Source of the DNA: Raillietiella orientalis
Lineage: Eukaryota
Assembly (NCBI GenBank): GCA_036172245.1
Contig: JAYWIR010000031.1
Coordinates: forward strand, 186,001 to 250,000
Length of the DNA: 64,000 nucleotides
Direction: 5' to 3'
Shown: piece by piece, positions 37,200 to 50,329 of the stretch
How the letters are laid out: each line of letters begins with the position of its first letter
How positions within the stretch are numbered: the stretch's first letter is position 1
Position numbers and translations under genes: made by a program
The notes under the pieces: generated by a model
What the model saw: the letters and a program-made list of their open reading frames with translations, nothing else
Database searches by the model: none
Told to the model about the DNA's origin: nothing

Positions 37200-38280
37200 T
37201 CCCGTTTGAGCATCTGAGAAGATCTAGAGACTTCGAATTATCCCACCGGACCTCCTCAGGAAGCGTTTCGGATTCCAGAGCAGGCAGACGAGGAGGAACG
37301 CCCGGTTTTCCTCCATCGGCGTGGCTGAAGACTTTGAGTTCTTGGTTCGGCACAACTGCTCGAGAGGAGCTCGAAGACGAAGCCCATCACCATGAGTAAC
37401 TTCAGGGATCTCATAGTGACCGAAGGAACCTGAGGGAACTTGGTGAGAGCTGTGGAAAGGCGGCGTCTCCTCCAAAGTTGGGCAGAGGAGTCTGCAAGAG
37501 CCCTTGCGCACCCTGCAGCAGGAAGGAGGAGCAGCAGCAGCCAGCTCTGCCATCGACTCGGCATTCCCTGGAAGGACCCAGGAGGAACTCGCGTACCTAG
37601 GAAAACAATTCCACTTTCGGAAAAAGCCTCTCCCCTCGCATCTGCTTTTTCCATCCTCTTCAGATGAAGCTGCGGCATTTGCTCCCCAAGCAATCCACTT
37701 CCCGGTCACGAATCAGTGGCACAGCACGCGCTCAGGCGAGCAGGTGGGGTCCACGGACGCTCCCAGAGTTCCGGGAAATATGGGGATATACATCGGCCCG
37801 CACGCGCGTGTGTCGAAGCGGCACGTTTCCTCGAGAGGCTGGCTGACCCCAGAACAAGCTATCTCGGGGCTTTTCCTTCTCCCCTCCTCTGACAAGCCCT
37901 GCCTCCAATCCTCTCACCAGATGGAACGCTCTGCGTGTGGGCCCAGAGAGTCCCACTACACGCACACCAGGGAGAGAAGAGCGACTCCCACTGCGCTCGC
38001 AAACGGAGCACCTGACCAGCCTCCGACCGACGTGCATTTGGCCTGCTAACGTGTTGGATGGGGCGCGTGGATTTCATTCATCCCCTGAAGTTGCAGTTTG
38101 CTTGCAAAAGCACCGAGCATTCTGGATTTCGGGGATCCCGGAAAAAATTACGTTCGGGGAAAAGCTTTTATGCCGACGTTTGCCCTTCTTCGGCCGTCCA
38201 TTCTCATCTGGCTGCTCCAAATCTTCATTTGTGTGCGCTTTTTTCCGGTGGATCCAGCTTGCACCCAGCCATTGACCATT
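37200..38280 (+). mobile_element. Gypsy RT-RNase H-integrase relic
   Basis: FELSHRTSSG, FPPSAWLKTLSSWFG, SWAEESARAL, LAYLGKQF, FPVTNQ, VLDGARGFH, AFWISGI, CRRLPFFGRPF..FVCAFFRWIQLAP (cf. WxRxHIDFAGPF..VVDAFSKWxE). Confidence 0.6.
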
Positions 38281-39389
38281 GACATTCCTGGGGAACTGGA
38301 GACAATACCGTTCGATGATCTAAACACGCCCTCAGGATGAAGACCTCGCGCCGCGGAGATCTCTCGCGGCTAATCCTCTGCGAAAATCGCAGGTCACAAG
38401 ACGCGAACGTGCGAAAGCACAGTAGCGGCTTCTCAAGGCCACCAACAAGATCCTCCGTGTTTCTGAAATTCCAAAGGGAAGATTCAAGCTACCACATCGG
38501 TCCGGATGATGCATTGGCTGGTGCCTGCGCGTCAGCCCAGGAACCCCTGAGACGCGAACGGTATCTTCCGGACCGCGCCGAGGCTGAGCAGAGCTGCGTT
38601 CGGGGCGGGCTAGCGTGTAGGAACAGCCCCGTTGGGTGTTGTCGCGCAGGTTCTGCGAAGAGTGAGCCCCATCGGCAGATGATGGAATGCTCAGCTCTTA
38701 CTTTCTGTGGCCGAATTTTCTTTTACCAGAAGCAGAGAGGCAAACTTGTCGACCTTCTTACCGACGGCTTCCATTTGCTCGAAATGAGATCCAAAAGGTC
38801 AAACACTGTGGAGCACTTTTCGTGTCTGTCACGTAACCATCTGTTCCGAGTCTGATGCTTTTTTTGGAATGCAAGTCAGCTGCTAAGTGAATTGAATACA
38901 ATGATGGTGACGATCCAATGATCCAATGAACAATCGAGTAGAAATCAATGAAGAGCGCCTTTTTATAAACAAAATAACAAAACAGTAACCACTGCAACGA
39001 CATCCACCTACGAAGAACACTGATGTTCAGAATGAGCCATTAAGAGACACTCTCTGAAAAGCAAAGTTGCTTGGGTCAAGGATCTGTAATCTCTGTTTGA
39101 ATAACCGTATCTGGACACGTGGAAGACCGCCCGAAGACCACTGTCCGCCAACTCATTCGAAATAGCGTGAGCCAAGAGAAGAAAAAAAAAAAAAGTGCAA
39201 AGGCAGGTGGTTTTTTCCGACAAGAAAAGAAGACACACTTATTGAGATTCTTCCTGTAGTGTTGCTTCGGCGACGAGCCATCGTTTATCCGTAAAGAGGA
39301 TGCGCCATTACAGAAATCAACGCCCCACGAAACTCGCTGTGATCCTGAAGTGTTTTGGAGTCAAAGGCAGATCGGTGGCCCTGATGCAA

Positions 39390-40860
39390 CACTGAGCACG
39401 TTTAGGTGTAATGAGCGAATGGGGATTCCAGGCCCCGGGTAATTCCAGAGTGCATGCCACTCCGTACTGTGCGGAGTGCACCGCATAGCCTTGATTCGGT
39501 TTCGTCCTGGAGAGGGGATGGGGGGAATAAAAAACAGCTAACAAAATCCATATGTGGCTAATCGCACGCTTCATTTCGTAACGTGAAATCTCGCAGTCCT
39601 CCGGTGCAAATTCTGAGTCAGAACGAATGGTCCCGCCCCATATGATCGGAAACAGCTCCGTACCCCGCCACCTATCTCGTGCTGGTATATCATGACCGTT
39701 GTTTTCGATTCATGGCTGAGGTGCAAACCAACTCTCCAGCTTGCTGGTAGCTTCCGTGGTGAGACATCGAGTGACTAACTGGTCTTTTCGAAGGCAGCCT
39801 GCTTGACTGGCTTTCGATCCAGCGGGTGCCCTGCCAAGAAGACAGCTCTGAATCAAAAACAGTACCCACCTCCTTGGTGCAGGCTGCTCTTCCAATGACT
39901 AACCTAGACAGAGAGCGAGGATGAGTGCTTTCGTTGCGTTAGTCAGAACAGCGTGCCCAGGTGTTGAGGGAAAAAAGAAAAAAAAAAAGCGATCAAACCA
40001 ACGCAATCCTGAGGTTTCGAAAAAGCTTTGCTGCGGATTAGGGTGCATTTCAACAACCGAGGCTCCAGAAACAAAGGAGCTGTGTATGTGCGTGTGTTTT
40101 TTTTCTTCTTCTTAGGAATACCAAAGCAGCGGCAGCATCGGTCCTGATCAAAAATTAAAAAGGAGTGCAAGTTAAACGGTCTCCTAGCAGTTCTACTACG
40201 ACGCTGGTTTTCTTGATCACGTAGTAATCGAATTCCGGCCAACGGTGTGTGATGTCAAAAGCTGGATAAATTGCTACCGGTGCTCCTGATTTCAGTGTCA
40301 CGACTGAACGGGAGAGAAGATAGAAATGTGGTGACTTAATTAAATCTCAAGACCACGGGCGAAAGGCAGGCACGCTGACGGACGCCGGTCTCAAAGACGG
40401 CTTATCGAGCTGCCTCTGAACTTGGAGGGCACACTGGGCGCTGACGAAATCGAGCCTGTCTGGTTGCTCCAGACAACACACTTTCAAAGAGACGGCGGCG
40501 CATCGGGAAGCGACGTTTCAACATCTCCTCCCTCTCCAAGCTGCTGGCGTCCCGGTAGGAGCAGCGCCATAGCAAGAAAGGGGGAAAACGAACCCTGAGT
40601 CACTCGTTGTTGGGGAGAAGGATGTGGCATGCTTTCGAAAAGATACGGAGAGTGCTTCCTCGACGCCGGAGCCTGGCGACGGCAGGGTGGTGGCTGCCGG
40701 AATACGGCGAAGAAACGACCGGGGAGGGGGAAGAACTTGACTTTGCGATGGGGAGGCGAAAGAGATACATAAGGAGATGGTAGCAGTTTCTTCAGCAGTG
40801 CAGGCGATAGCAGCGATCGCTTTTTCCTCCTGAGACGGCACCACTGGTCAGTTAACGGTA
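39390..40860 (-). mobile_element. Gypsy RT thumb to integrase GPY/F-region relic
   Basis: DQWCRLRRKKRSLL..KKLLPSPYVSLSPP; FLIFDQDRCCR; ACTLELPGAWNPHSLI (cf. AYxLELPxxWxIHPVF). Confidence 0.5.
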
Positions 40861-42099
40861 TCATCTCATTGTGATCTCGGGGCATATGTGCTGCTCTTTC
40901 CAAACCCCCGCAGAGGTACCACAAGAATGGAAAAGCAATAACGTTGCACGGGCTGGAGGTAAAGAAGGAAAAAAAGAGTTCCTGAAACCTCCACGATGGT
41001 TCAAACCGCCAGACCAACATCCGTGAATCGCGGCCACATAGAACAACCGATTCGGGAACCTACACTTCTTCAGGAAGCTTCCAGAAGACATGAATTCCTT
41101 TTCACTGCCTTCCTCGCCTCACAAATTCCTCGCTTCTCCCTTCGTTCCCCTCTGTTTGGAAGGGAGGAGCGCTCCCGATTCATGCCGGTTCAGGATCACC
41201 TAAGGCACAGGGGACATGGGGAAGGCAACGACAGAGATGAGGGAGGAAAAGTGGCAGGCGCACGAGTCCTGTCCCTTCAGGGAACAACACGTGAGCACGA
41301 AAAGGGACGCGCACTCCTATGAGTTCCACGGACTCCTCGCTGCTGCTACCTGGCGTTCGCAGAGAGCAGTTTCGGCCACGCACTTTGATCCCGAGATTCC
41401 TTTTTCTTTCTCCTGGCTCGGAAACAATTTCCTTCGGATGCAAAAGACTACGGGCTCCTACGTTTTAAAAAAAGGATCAAGATTTCGTTCGTTCTGAAAG
41501 AAAGCGGGCGCCCAGCCTGGCCCTGCGTAGCTGGACCACACAAGGAATCGGCGGGCGGCCTCCCCGAAATACGGATCAGAACGACCACTGTCTGGTTCTG
41601 AGGAAGGACCGAGAGAAACTATCGAACGGTCCTATCGTTGACGTCAAACTGTCAAGTGGTCCTGCTGTCTTCCGTACCGCCAAACTCGAGAGGGAGCGCA
41701 CGCCGGGCACTACGTTGCCGCACTGCGTTCGGAAAGCCGCGCCGTTGATCAGTGCGCCTCCGAAGAGGCCTCTCTTTGGCACGCGCGCCACCCCCGATGA
41801 GCAGCAGCAGCAGCGCCGCTCTCCCGCGCCTCGCCTTCTGCAGCTCTTCGAGCACGTGCGCGCACCTGGTTCCGAAGAGACCTCCATGGCGCTAGAGGAT
41901 TGAGAAATGCGACTCGCGTGGCCGGACTCGAATGCAAAGAGAGAACAGCACCATCGGATACGCCGTCACTCCTTCCCTCTCCTCTGGATGTGACTTCGCG
42001 CGCCGCAGCTTCTTCGCCCGTCCGAAGGCTCTTGAGTTTCAGGGAAGCAGGCGCGCGCTCTCTTTGCAGGACACTTGGCGATGCCCTGAGCCATCTACC

Positions 42100-42750
42100 T
42101 CGAGCCCGGCTCTGGGATACTGGTAGAATACGCTGCCGCCTTGGTGACGCTCGGGTTCGCCACCACGTGCGGCCGCCCCGACCGCGCGACCTGGATTTCG
42201 CCACGCTTACGCTGGCGCGCACGCCAGAGAAGAGGCAGGTCGCAGCGGTACGCGGACGCCGTGCGCGTGTGCTCCACGGTGTGTCGTGACGATCCCGCCG
42301 TTCGGGAAGCATCTCCCAGCACTCCTGTCAGGGGTGCCAAGGACAAAGTTGGACGGTGCTGCCACTTCGGCTCCCCTGAGGGAACACCCACGAAACCGGG
42401 TGTTCCCTCAGAGGCCACGTCATGTTCTGCCGTCCTTAGTTCATGAGGAGGCCAGGGACGAAGGTTAGCTCCCAGGTGACGACACACGTCTCCTCGTCTG
42501 CCTGCTGGAGAGCGCTTCGCCCAGAAGGACACTCCCGTGGTTTGCCGGCGCGACCGTCCCGAGAGCGCCACTGAAGCCGAGGGGAACGTGTAGCCGGAAG
42601 TAGCTCCAGAATGATCTTCCTCTGGGAGGAAGAAATGGTGCCATTTGTCGCGCGGAGGGGAGGTGGCAGTCCCGGATGTCGTCGGGCCCTCCGCTTTCGG
42701 GAGGAGGCGCCGCGGAGCGTGCTGAATCGGTAAGGAGCGAGGAAGAACGG
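42100..42750 (-). mobile_element. Gypsy RT N-terminal relic
   Basis: PIQHAPRRL, SPPRDKW, GYTFPSASVAL, VSFWAK in ORF 42095-42754. Confidence 0.4.
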
Positions 42751-43219
42751 GCATCTCGGCTTGAGCGGAGCCCGGATTTTGGGGTTTTGTCTTTCACCCC
42801 TCACTCATCCTTCCTCGAGGCGAGTCCTGGGGCGTGTCTTCCTGATCGGTCCTGCTTCCTCCCCCTTTCCCCGAAAACTAAACCGCGGGAACTGGAAAAT
42901 TCCTATCCGCCTAGTGCCAGAGACAGTTAGGGAATTCCTCTACCCCTTCCCTCACTCCGCACTGGGATGCCAGAAACACGCAGAGAGAGGGGAGGAGACG
43001 CTGAAGCTCCGCGGGTGCCTCCTAGCCTCTGGCAGCTGAGCGGGGGTGCGGTGCTGGAAGCGCGCGAGTCGAAGAGGGTGCATTCAGGGAGGGGCAGGCG
43101 AAGAGCATCCTTCTTTTTAAGGGGAGGAGGAAGTGTAACCAAGTGCTGAAGAAGCTCCTTAGGGGTAGCCCACGAAGCTCTTTGACGCCGCCCACGCCGC
43201 CCGAAGGTGCATGCGGTAA

Positions 43220-43320
43220 CTCCTCAAGTTGGAGGGTAACTACGGTGGGACCACCCTATGAATCCATGAAGGGACTCCGGAGGAAGGATTACATTCCTCT
43301 CACGCTTGTAAGGGATCACC
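43220..43320 (+). mobile_element. Integrase fragment relic
   Basis: WRVTTVGPPYESMKG..YIPLTLVRD (cf. WxxDxVGPLPxSxxGxxYILTxVD). Confidence 0.35.
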
Positions 43321-43470
43321 GAATGGACCGCACGTAGGGTCAAATTCCAATTCCGGCCACTCGTCGGGGGAGTGTCCGGGGGTTTGCGGCTTCCACCAGT
43401 GCCGCCGCGCCGAAACCAACCAGGGTCATCTTGCGGGGGGGACTCGAGACTCCGGCATCGACCCTTCCCC

Positions 43471-43525
43471 GGCGGGACTCGAACCCGCGACGTTCGGTGC
43501 CACCGCAGCCACACGGCCGCGCCGC
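43471..43525 (-). other. Degenerate tRNA-like element (perfect T-arm / B-box), possible tRNA-derived SINE head
   Basis: Minus strand GCGGG-TTCGAGT-CCCGC stem-loop with an A-box-like TGGCTGCGGTGG upstream; no room for an anticodon arm. Confidence 0.45.
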
Positions 43526-44091
43526 GGGCTTGGGTCGCGGGGTGGCCCCAGGTTCTTCGAAACGAGGAGAGGCAGGTTTCGGCCGTGAAGGTCACGGAAT
43601 TGAGTCCCATGGGACTTCTTTCAGGTCCTTTCTTCCCTGAAAGAACAGGTAAGGAGGCGTGGCCACAAGAACGTGGCCACGTCGACAGAACGGACGGTGG
43701 CCATGGCCACGAGCACAGGTGGATGAGTTTCACGCGCGCGCAGACACGCGTTGCGTAGGGTCGCACACGTAGGCGCGCGCGCGCGCAAGTCGGATCGATG
43801 GCTCCTCCCCCTCGAAATGGGACCCGCCCCACGCAGCAGCGGCACGACCTTCTTGGCTCGCCCTGCGCCCCACCGCGAACGCCCTTCAGGGAAGAACCCG
43901 CGAGCGCGCTCGGGCATTTCTCTCCTTGCTCCCAGAGCGGCCGCCTCTCCTCTTCGATGTCGGTCGAATTCGTGTCGGAAAACGGAGCCCTGAGGCAAGC
44001 GTGGGAGCGACCCTGTGGTGGCCGCCGCCACGTTGGCGCAAGAGCTCGCCGATGGAAAAAAGAAAGAAAGAAGGCCACTCGGACCGCGCTG

Positions 44092-44156
44092 GCGGCGGCC
44101 GTGTGGCCAGGGCGTCCACGCGCGTGGCCGCTGGCGTGGCGGGTTCGAACGCCTCC
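44092..44156 (+). other. Second degenerate tRNA-like copy, inverted relative to 43471-43525
   Basis: Shares GCGGCCGTGTGGC (13 nt) and GCGGGTTCGA (10 nt) in the same order. Confidence 0.4.
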
Positions 44157-45049
44157 TCGAGGGCGCCAAGCCGGACGCTCCTTCGACCAGCAGCATCCAG
44201 GTCTGGCTCCCCTTTCCCACCTCCCATCCGGCCTCGCCTCGCGTGCATGGCTGCACGTGGAGGCCCTACCATCCAGTCAAAGCGCGAGGTAGGACGACAG
44301 TCCTCGAGCGCTTGGGGGGACCGAAAAGTAGGGAAAAAGACCTGCGACGACGAGCATCTTTCAGTCCCACCAGGGCGTCTCCCCTAGCAACAGGGGTCGC
44401 TGTGCCTTGGCAGTCAGGTGCGCTTCGAGTGATGGGGAAGGGAGAGAACGAGACACCCCGTGCGTTCGGCGGACGCGGTCGGACCCGCTGCCCTCCCTCC
44501 TCCTCCACCCGAGCTCGGAATCTCTTAGGGGGGCTGAAAGACGCAAAGTTCCGCACGGCGTGGGTGCCTGTATGCGATCAGAGGAGCGAGGAGGAGAGCG
44601 CCCATCTGCACCCTCTCGGCGAGGCTGCCGGCAGCAGCCGGTCATCCCTTTCCAGAGTGACCGGAAAAGGGCATGAGGAAGGAGAAGGAGGAGGGAGAAA
44701 GAGGGACGGGGAGGGTGAACGAGAGAATCTCGGGGTGGCAGCAGCCTCCGCGAGCCAGAGAAAGGGCGAGTCGGCAGCAGTTCGTTCAGTCACTCTCAGA
44801 TAAATAGATGGACCAAAGGGAAGAGAGCGAGAAAGCAGATGGAAGGTGTGGGAAGGAGATGCAAGGCCTTCGCGGGTCAACGAGCTGCTGCGCTCGGAGA
44901 CCCGCCGCCGCCGCCGCCTCCACCCCGAGATCATCGAACTTCTTACGTCGGCTTGTCTTTCCTTCCCCTTTCCTCCTTCCCCCCACTTTGGTGGGGCGGG
45001 ATGGGGGGGGGGGGGCACAATCCCGACGCTTCGAGCTTCATCTCGAGCG

Positions 45050-47910
45050 CACGTCGCCGCAGCTTTGATCACGGGTTTCGAGGGAGGGGAGAAGAGAGAG
45101 GAGGCAGGATGACCGGAGATGAGGTTGCAGCTTTTCCCTGGGGAGGTGGGAATGCCCTGGTTGCGCGCGACCTTCGACCCTCGGAAGGGGGAGCGGAGAG
45201 CAACGGAGCCGCGGTCCCTGCGGAGCAGATTCTCCCGAAGAAGTTTTTTTTTTTTCCTCCACCCTCCCCTCCCGAGGAGCAGGAGGAGCGGCGCCAAACT
45301 TCCGCTTCCGGGTTCCCGAAGAATCCGGTGGAGAAGGGATTTTCGAGGCCCCCTGCGATCCGTGGCGCGCCCTGTTGCCAGCTCGCCACCCTCCGCGGCA
45401 GGCGAGACAGCCGAAGGAGCGACCGACCCGTCGCTTCTCCGGACGACAGCAGCGACCTCCCGAGCGGGGAGCCCTCCAGGGAAAGTCTCCCGGCGCGTTT
45501 CCCGGAAGGCACCTGTGGGGAAAGGGCAAAAAGGGGAAGAGGGGACGGAGACCAGGATGAAGGGACAGGACGATGCCTCAGGGCGCGCGCCCCCTCAGCA
45601 ACGCGACCTCCGAGCCAGATGAGAAGAAGAGGGCCGTCCCCAGTGCCTGGGGTGGTTTCTGAAAGCACAGCAGCCCCGTCCGAGGCGACATCTCCCGACC
45701 AAGGGACTCCGGACACGGGTTACGGAAGACAGTGGCCTGAGGTCACCTCCGCGGGGACGAATCTCGTGGTCAAGGACGCGCCGCCGTTTTAGGCAGCAGC
45801 CAGGCTAAAAGAAGTTGCGAGATTTCAGCGGCTTTTGACTGGTATCCCTGCCTTTATGGAAGGCAGGACCTCCGACGAGGAAACCCGAGGAAAAAGGGAA
45901 CCCCCCGAGTCAAAGGACTGGCATCCGACCGGCTACGTGCACCTGGGGAAGGTCCACGGGGCGTATGAACTCCAAAGGGCCACGTGGACCACAAGACCGC
46001 CTCCAGAATCCTGCCGCCTGAGGTAAAGGAGTCTCCGCCCTCCCAGCAGGCGTCCTCCCGAAGAGCGAGACCACGTCTTCCTGGTTTCGAGAGGGTGTCC
46101 ATCCTCGTAGGACCACGATCCCCGGCCCAGGGTCCCGAGACAGAGGGGACAGGAGGGGGAGGGAAGTACAGAGCCAGGTCAGATACTCCCTGCTTGAGAG
46201 GGGAAGATGCCGCAAGATTTGGGAAGTGATTCGGGATCAGCCCCCGAGGGAAGACAGGGAAGTCGAGGAAGGGCGGATGGAATGGCAGAACCCACTCCCA
46301 GGAAGATCTGTGCACCGTTCCGGTTCTGGTGGATGCCGGGATGCGTACCCAGGAACGATCCGCCAAGCACTCCGGAGGGTGACGAACAGGAAATCCGGGC
46401 AGGTGGCCTCGGGCAGTCGACGTCCTTTTCCTCCTCTTCCTCATTCCTCCCTTCCTTCTTCCCTGCTTCCTTCCTTCCTCCTCTTTCTTTCCTTCTCCTC
46501 CTCCCCTTCTCTCCTGTCTGCTTGCTTTCTTTCCATGATCATCGACGACGACCGCGGTGAATGAGCTTTGACAGCCAGGGCGCCCCGAGGCGTTGCTTGC
46601 CCTCGGCTAGGGGGCTGCCTGCTCTGGAACGGTCACCCGGCAGCACCAAGATGTGTCATCCCCCCGTCCCGATTCGACTGCCGCCGACTCCAGGAGAGGA
46701 GTTCTTGGGCGGGAGTGGCGCGTGCCGCAAAAGGGCTGCGGGCGTCGGATGAAGCCTGCGACGGGAGATCCCTTCAGACGAGACGGTGAGCCTCAGGGAG
46801 CGGCAGCATCCCGGGGCGGGGAGCTGCGCGTAACCCGGTGGAAGGAAGGCGGTGGGAACGGGGAGCTCGTGGCAGTCTCCACGGAGGAACGGAAGGGGGA
46901 GGAGCTTCGGGAGGGTGAGAGGTCCTGCCAGCCGTCCTTCGAGATGAAAGTGGGAGAGCGAAGCTTCTCCTGCACTCGCGGAGGGGACGGAGAGACTCGG
47001 CTGAGGGGCGCGCCAGAGCTCTGCCCTTGGCCGCCCTTCCCGCAAAGTCAGGGAGGCGCTCCTGACTCTTTCCGGGAACTCGCGGGAAGGGAGGCTTCTC
47101 TTCCCGCGGCCCAGGGCGTGAGGGGGAGGTACCAGGCGCGCGCGAGGTTCCGCAGGATCCGCGCTCACAGTTTCCCCAGCCAGGAAGGTGCTGGGACGCT
47201 CGAAGAGCCGGGAACGCTCTCCAAGGCCGCAGGGGCCGCTGCTCTTCCCGAACATTCCGCGTCACGAGACTCCCCGAACACCCGACGCGCGCGGCCCGCT
47301 GACCGCGGTGGGGAGGCAAACGGAGAAGCGCCCTCCTGACCCGCGGGCCCCGGGGGTGCCTCTGGAGAACAGTTCGCTTTCGCGCGCGGGGTCTTCAACT
47401 CCGGATGAGGGTCGACCCCCTCTTGGTGGCTTTTCCCGCCCTCCCGTGGACGCTTCAGAAGGTTTTCTTCGAGGTCTTCTCGGTCTCGGAGGAGGGAGAC
47501 TTTGGGGTGGGGTGGACTCGGGCTCATAAAGGAGAGGACGTGCTCTGGAGCAGGCGCTCCCTCGCCCAGAGCACTCGGCGTGTGCCACGTGCCGCCGAGA
47601 GCTCCGGACGATAAAAGGGAGAGGAAGAAGAGGATCCTCGAGAGCACCGCCGCTGTTCAGGGGTCCCTCCGATAACACCCACATCTCCCCCTCTGCAGAC
47701 CGACCCGCGTCTCCGGGTTTCCCTTGACCCGTCCCTTGCCACTGATCCCGACGCGCATGCCCCCTGGCGCTCCATGCAGGTGACCTATGTCTCGACTCCC
47801 GGAAACCTTTCTCGGATCAACGAGGGAAGCCCCGAAAGAGAGTGCCCAGGCGACCTGGAGAGCGAGCTTACCGGATCCTACGAGTCGCCGCCCCCCCTCC
47901 TGAGGGGCGT
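45050..47910 (+). mobile_element. Near-complete decayed gypsy pol (protease-RT-RNase H-integrase)
   Basis: VAAALITG, VGMPWLR, TGYVHL..GAYEL, MEWQNP..SVHRS..ALRRVTNRK, AASR..GELVAV, APDSFR, PLLVAFPALPW..QKVFFEVF, SDN, TYVSTPG..INEGSPER, ESPPPLLRG, all in PR-RT-RH-INT order. Confidence 0.65.
46425..46532 (+). repeat. Polypyrimidine (CCT/CCTT-like) tract
   Basis: ~105 nt almost purely C/T, interrupting the gypsy relic between RT thumb and RNase H. Confidence 0.8.
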
Positions 47911-48179
47911 CTCGGATGAGGAAGGACTCAACCTTTTGGGCGACCTATCCCCTCGCCATTTGGAGAAGGAAGGTGCTTCCTACCTTCGAACTCTGAGGCC
48001 TCTCCTGGCCGCTTCCAGGGGCAGAGCCGCCCCCTGAGGCATGAAGGAGCCGGCGAGGGGGCCCACATGCTCGGGAGGAGCGAGCTCGGCCCTCTGCTCC
48101 TCGCAGCCGCCCTTTCTGCTCCCCTTTCTGCTTCCCTTTCCCGCAGCCGGACATCGCGTCTCCTCCTCCCTTGTCGCGA

Positions 48180-49960
48180 AGGTGCTTCTGCAGGCAGCCT
48201 GCTCCCGTCCCCCTGCGTATGGGGGAGCTCCCGTCCCCCTTGACGCGGTGGGAGGTGAAATCCCGACGTCCCGCATTTCCGATGGACGGGAGCTCCCCCC
48301 TCCGACACCAAGAGAGCTGGCTCTCTTGGTGTCTCTTGCTCTCTTGCTCTCTTGGTCTTGCATCCCTCCGCCAGAGGGACAACGAGGGAGTCCCCGTCAC
48401 CCTTCCGGCCCAGGACTTCTAGAAGGTTCGGCCGAGTTCCTCGGCAATGTCCCTCCGAGAGGAAGGGATGACTCTTGGAAGTGCCTCTGCTCCAAGAGGC
48501 GGCCCGGAGGTCGCCGCCTCTTTCCTTTTTCAGATAGAGGAGTGGCTGAGGAGCCCGATGCGGTGTGTTTGCGGCCGCGATAGTCGGAGCACCCACTTCC
48601 AGTGCCACGCTAATTGCGCCACGCCATTTCCTTTCCGAGGTTGAGGAACACGCAGAGCGGGACGTCACCCCTGAGGGAGTGCCGGAGTCAGGAAGCAGAA
48701 AAATAAGGAAAATGGGGGAAAGTAAGGGGTTGCCGGCTGCTTCCGCAGACCGTGCCCTCCTTCGCCCCTTCCTCTGGCGGCGAGATCCCATTTTGCCGCG
48801 TCCCTCATCAACGCGGAGGTGGCGCAAGGGACATTGTACGCACGGGGGTCGCAGGGGAGGCCACAGCCTTCTCGCAACCACGAAGGAAGGTGGAAGCCCT
48901 CCGCGCGCGGAGCGTAGGCACCTCCGGGACACCTTCGCTGCGAGGCAGCCGCCCCCGGGGGCTCGCTGCGATCGCCAGAGGAGCGGGAGCGGAAACACTT
49001 CTTCCGGTTGCTCGAGAAACCCCAGCGCGCGAAGCCACTGCTCCCTCCCTCTCGAGGGAGGCAGCCATCCACGAGGAGAGGATAGACCATGCGGAAGATC
49101 CGCCCGCCCAGAGGAGCGGCCCTGTATTGCGGACGCGAAGGGTTTCTGCGTCAATCCGCAGGCCCCTGGGGCTTCGTACGTGACTCTGGCTGCGGAGGAC
49201 TCCCGCCCGCCCCTCCCACAGGCAGCTTTCGCTCCTCTCCTGTAGTGAGAAAGAAGGGGATGCTTCGTCGGATCCCTCCTGGGAGACCGTCCCTAGGTCG
49301 TGGGAGGTTCGAACCAACCTGGGGTCGGTCGCGGAGACTGCCTCCGGCGGGCATGCGTGGTAGCTCGCGGGGGCCTTCTCGGAGGGAACCTGCAAGGCTC
49401 CAGCCGGTCTAGGCTGCGAGCCAGCGGGAACGCCGCTCCCCAGCAACCGACCACTTGCCCGTCCCAGAAGGATGTCGCGCGCAGGAAGACTCCAGTGGCG
49501 CACCCAGACTGCGGTTGTCTGGCAGGCCGTCTTGAGCATGGGGACGCCGCATCCTTTGGCGGGGTCCTCGAGGCGAACCTTCCACCTTGCAGCACCGCAT
49601 GGGACCCACCCATCTTGCATCGTGGGGCGGGAGGGAATCGAAGGGCCGGAAGGGAGGTCAGCGGGAGTGCTCCTGAGTCGGTGCCGGTCTTCTGCACTGG
49701 CGTTGCATCTGCTCCAGCTCCAGGAGGTCGAGACCATCCCGACGCGGAGCACGAGCCCTTCAAGCGGACCCGGGATCTCTGCGTTCACTAGCGGACTTCC
49801 CCCCAGGAGGTCTCTGGTCCGCTTCTTCACACAACCGAAGGGGAGGAGCAAAGAGCAGGATGCGGAGGATGGGGACCACGAAGCCTCGGCTCCTTCCGTC
49901 AGGAGAACCTCGCCATCCTGGAATGGGCCAAGAGCTTTCTGGATACAGCTGGACCACGCC
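48180..49960 (+). mobile_element. Gypsy RNase H end-integrase (HHCC, core, GPY/F) relic
   Basis: LPSPLTRWEVKSRRPAFPM..SWLS, LWRRDPILPRPSSTR..HGGRRGGHSLLATT, CIADAKGF, SPSWNGP. Confidence 0.55.
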
Positions 49961-50329
49961 CTTCGCGAGGGGGGAGGAAGTCCCCAAACGGTGCTCCGAG
50001 ATGCTTAAAGTTCCAAAGTGCAGAGATCCCCAAGCGGGTTCCGTCTGGCCCGCCCAGTCCACGCCGCGCCAATAGGACGGGCGGACGATTCGTCCCGTTT
50101 GCGCGCGCGCCAGCGCCGCGCCGCGAGGTCAACTCGAAACCCTCGAGCGACGCTTCTGGAGTTGACATGGGGAGGAGGATGAGGGGATCGTCAGCACGGG
50201 CCGGCACGGCAGGAGGCACGCTTGGCACGAGTTCAGGAGGGCACCAACTAGGAGCAGGCGACCGAGGTGCCGCCCCGCCTCCAGGAGACGCGCTCCAAAG
50301 AAAGAAACGGTCGGCGCAGTGCGGAAAGC

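Noticed and set aside
43471..43525. Functional tRNA gene
   Set aside because: The T-arm is perfect, but no acceptor stem or anticodon arm can be formed; kept only as tRNA-like.
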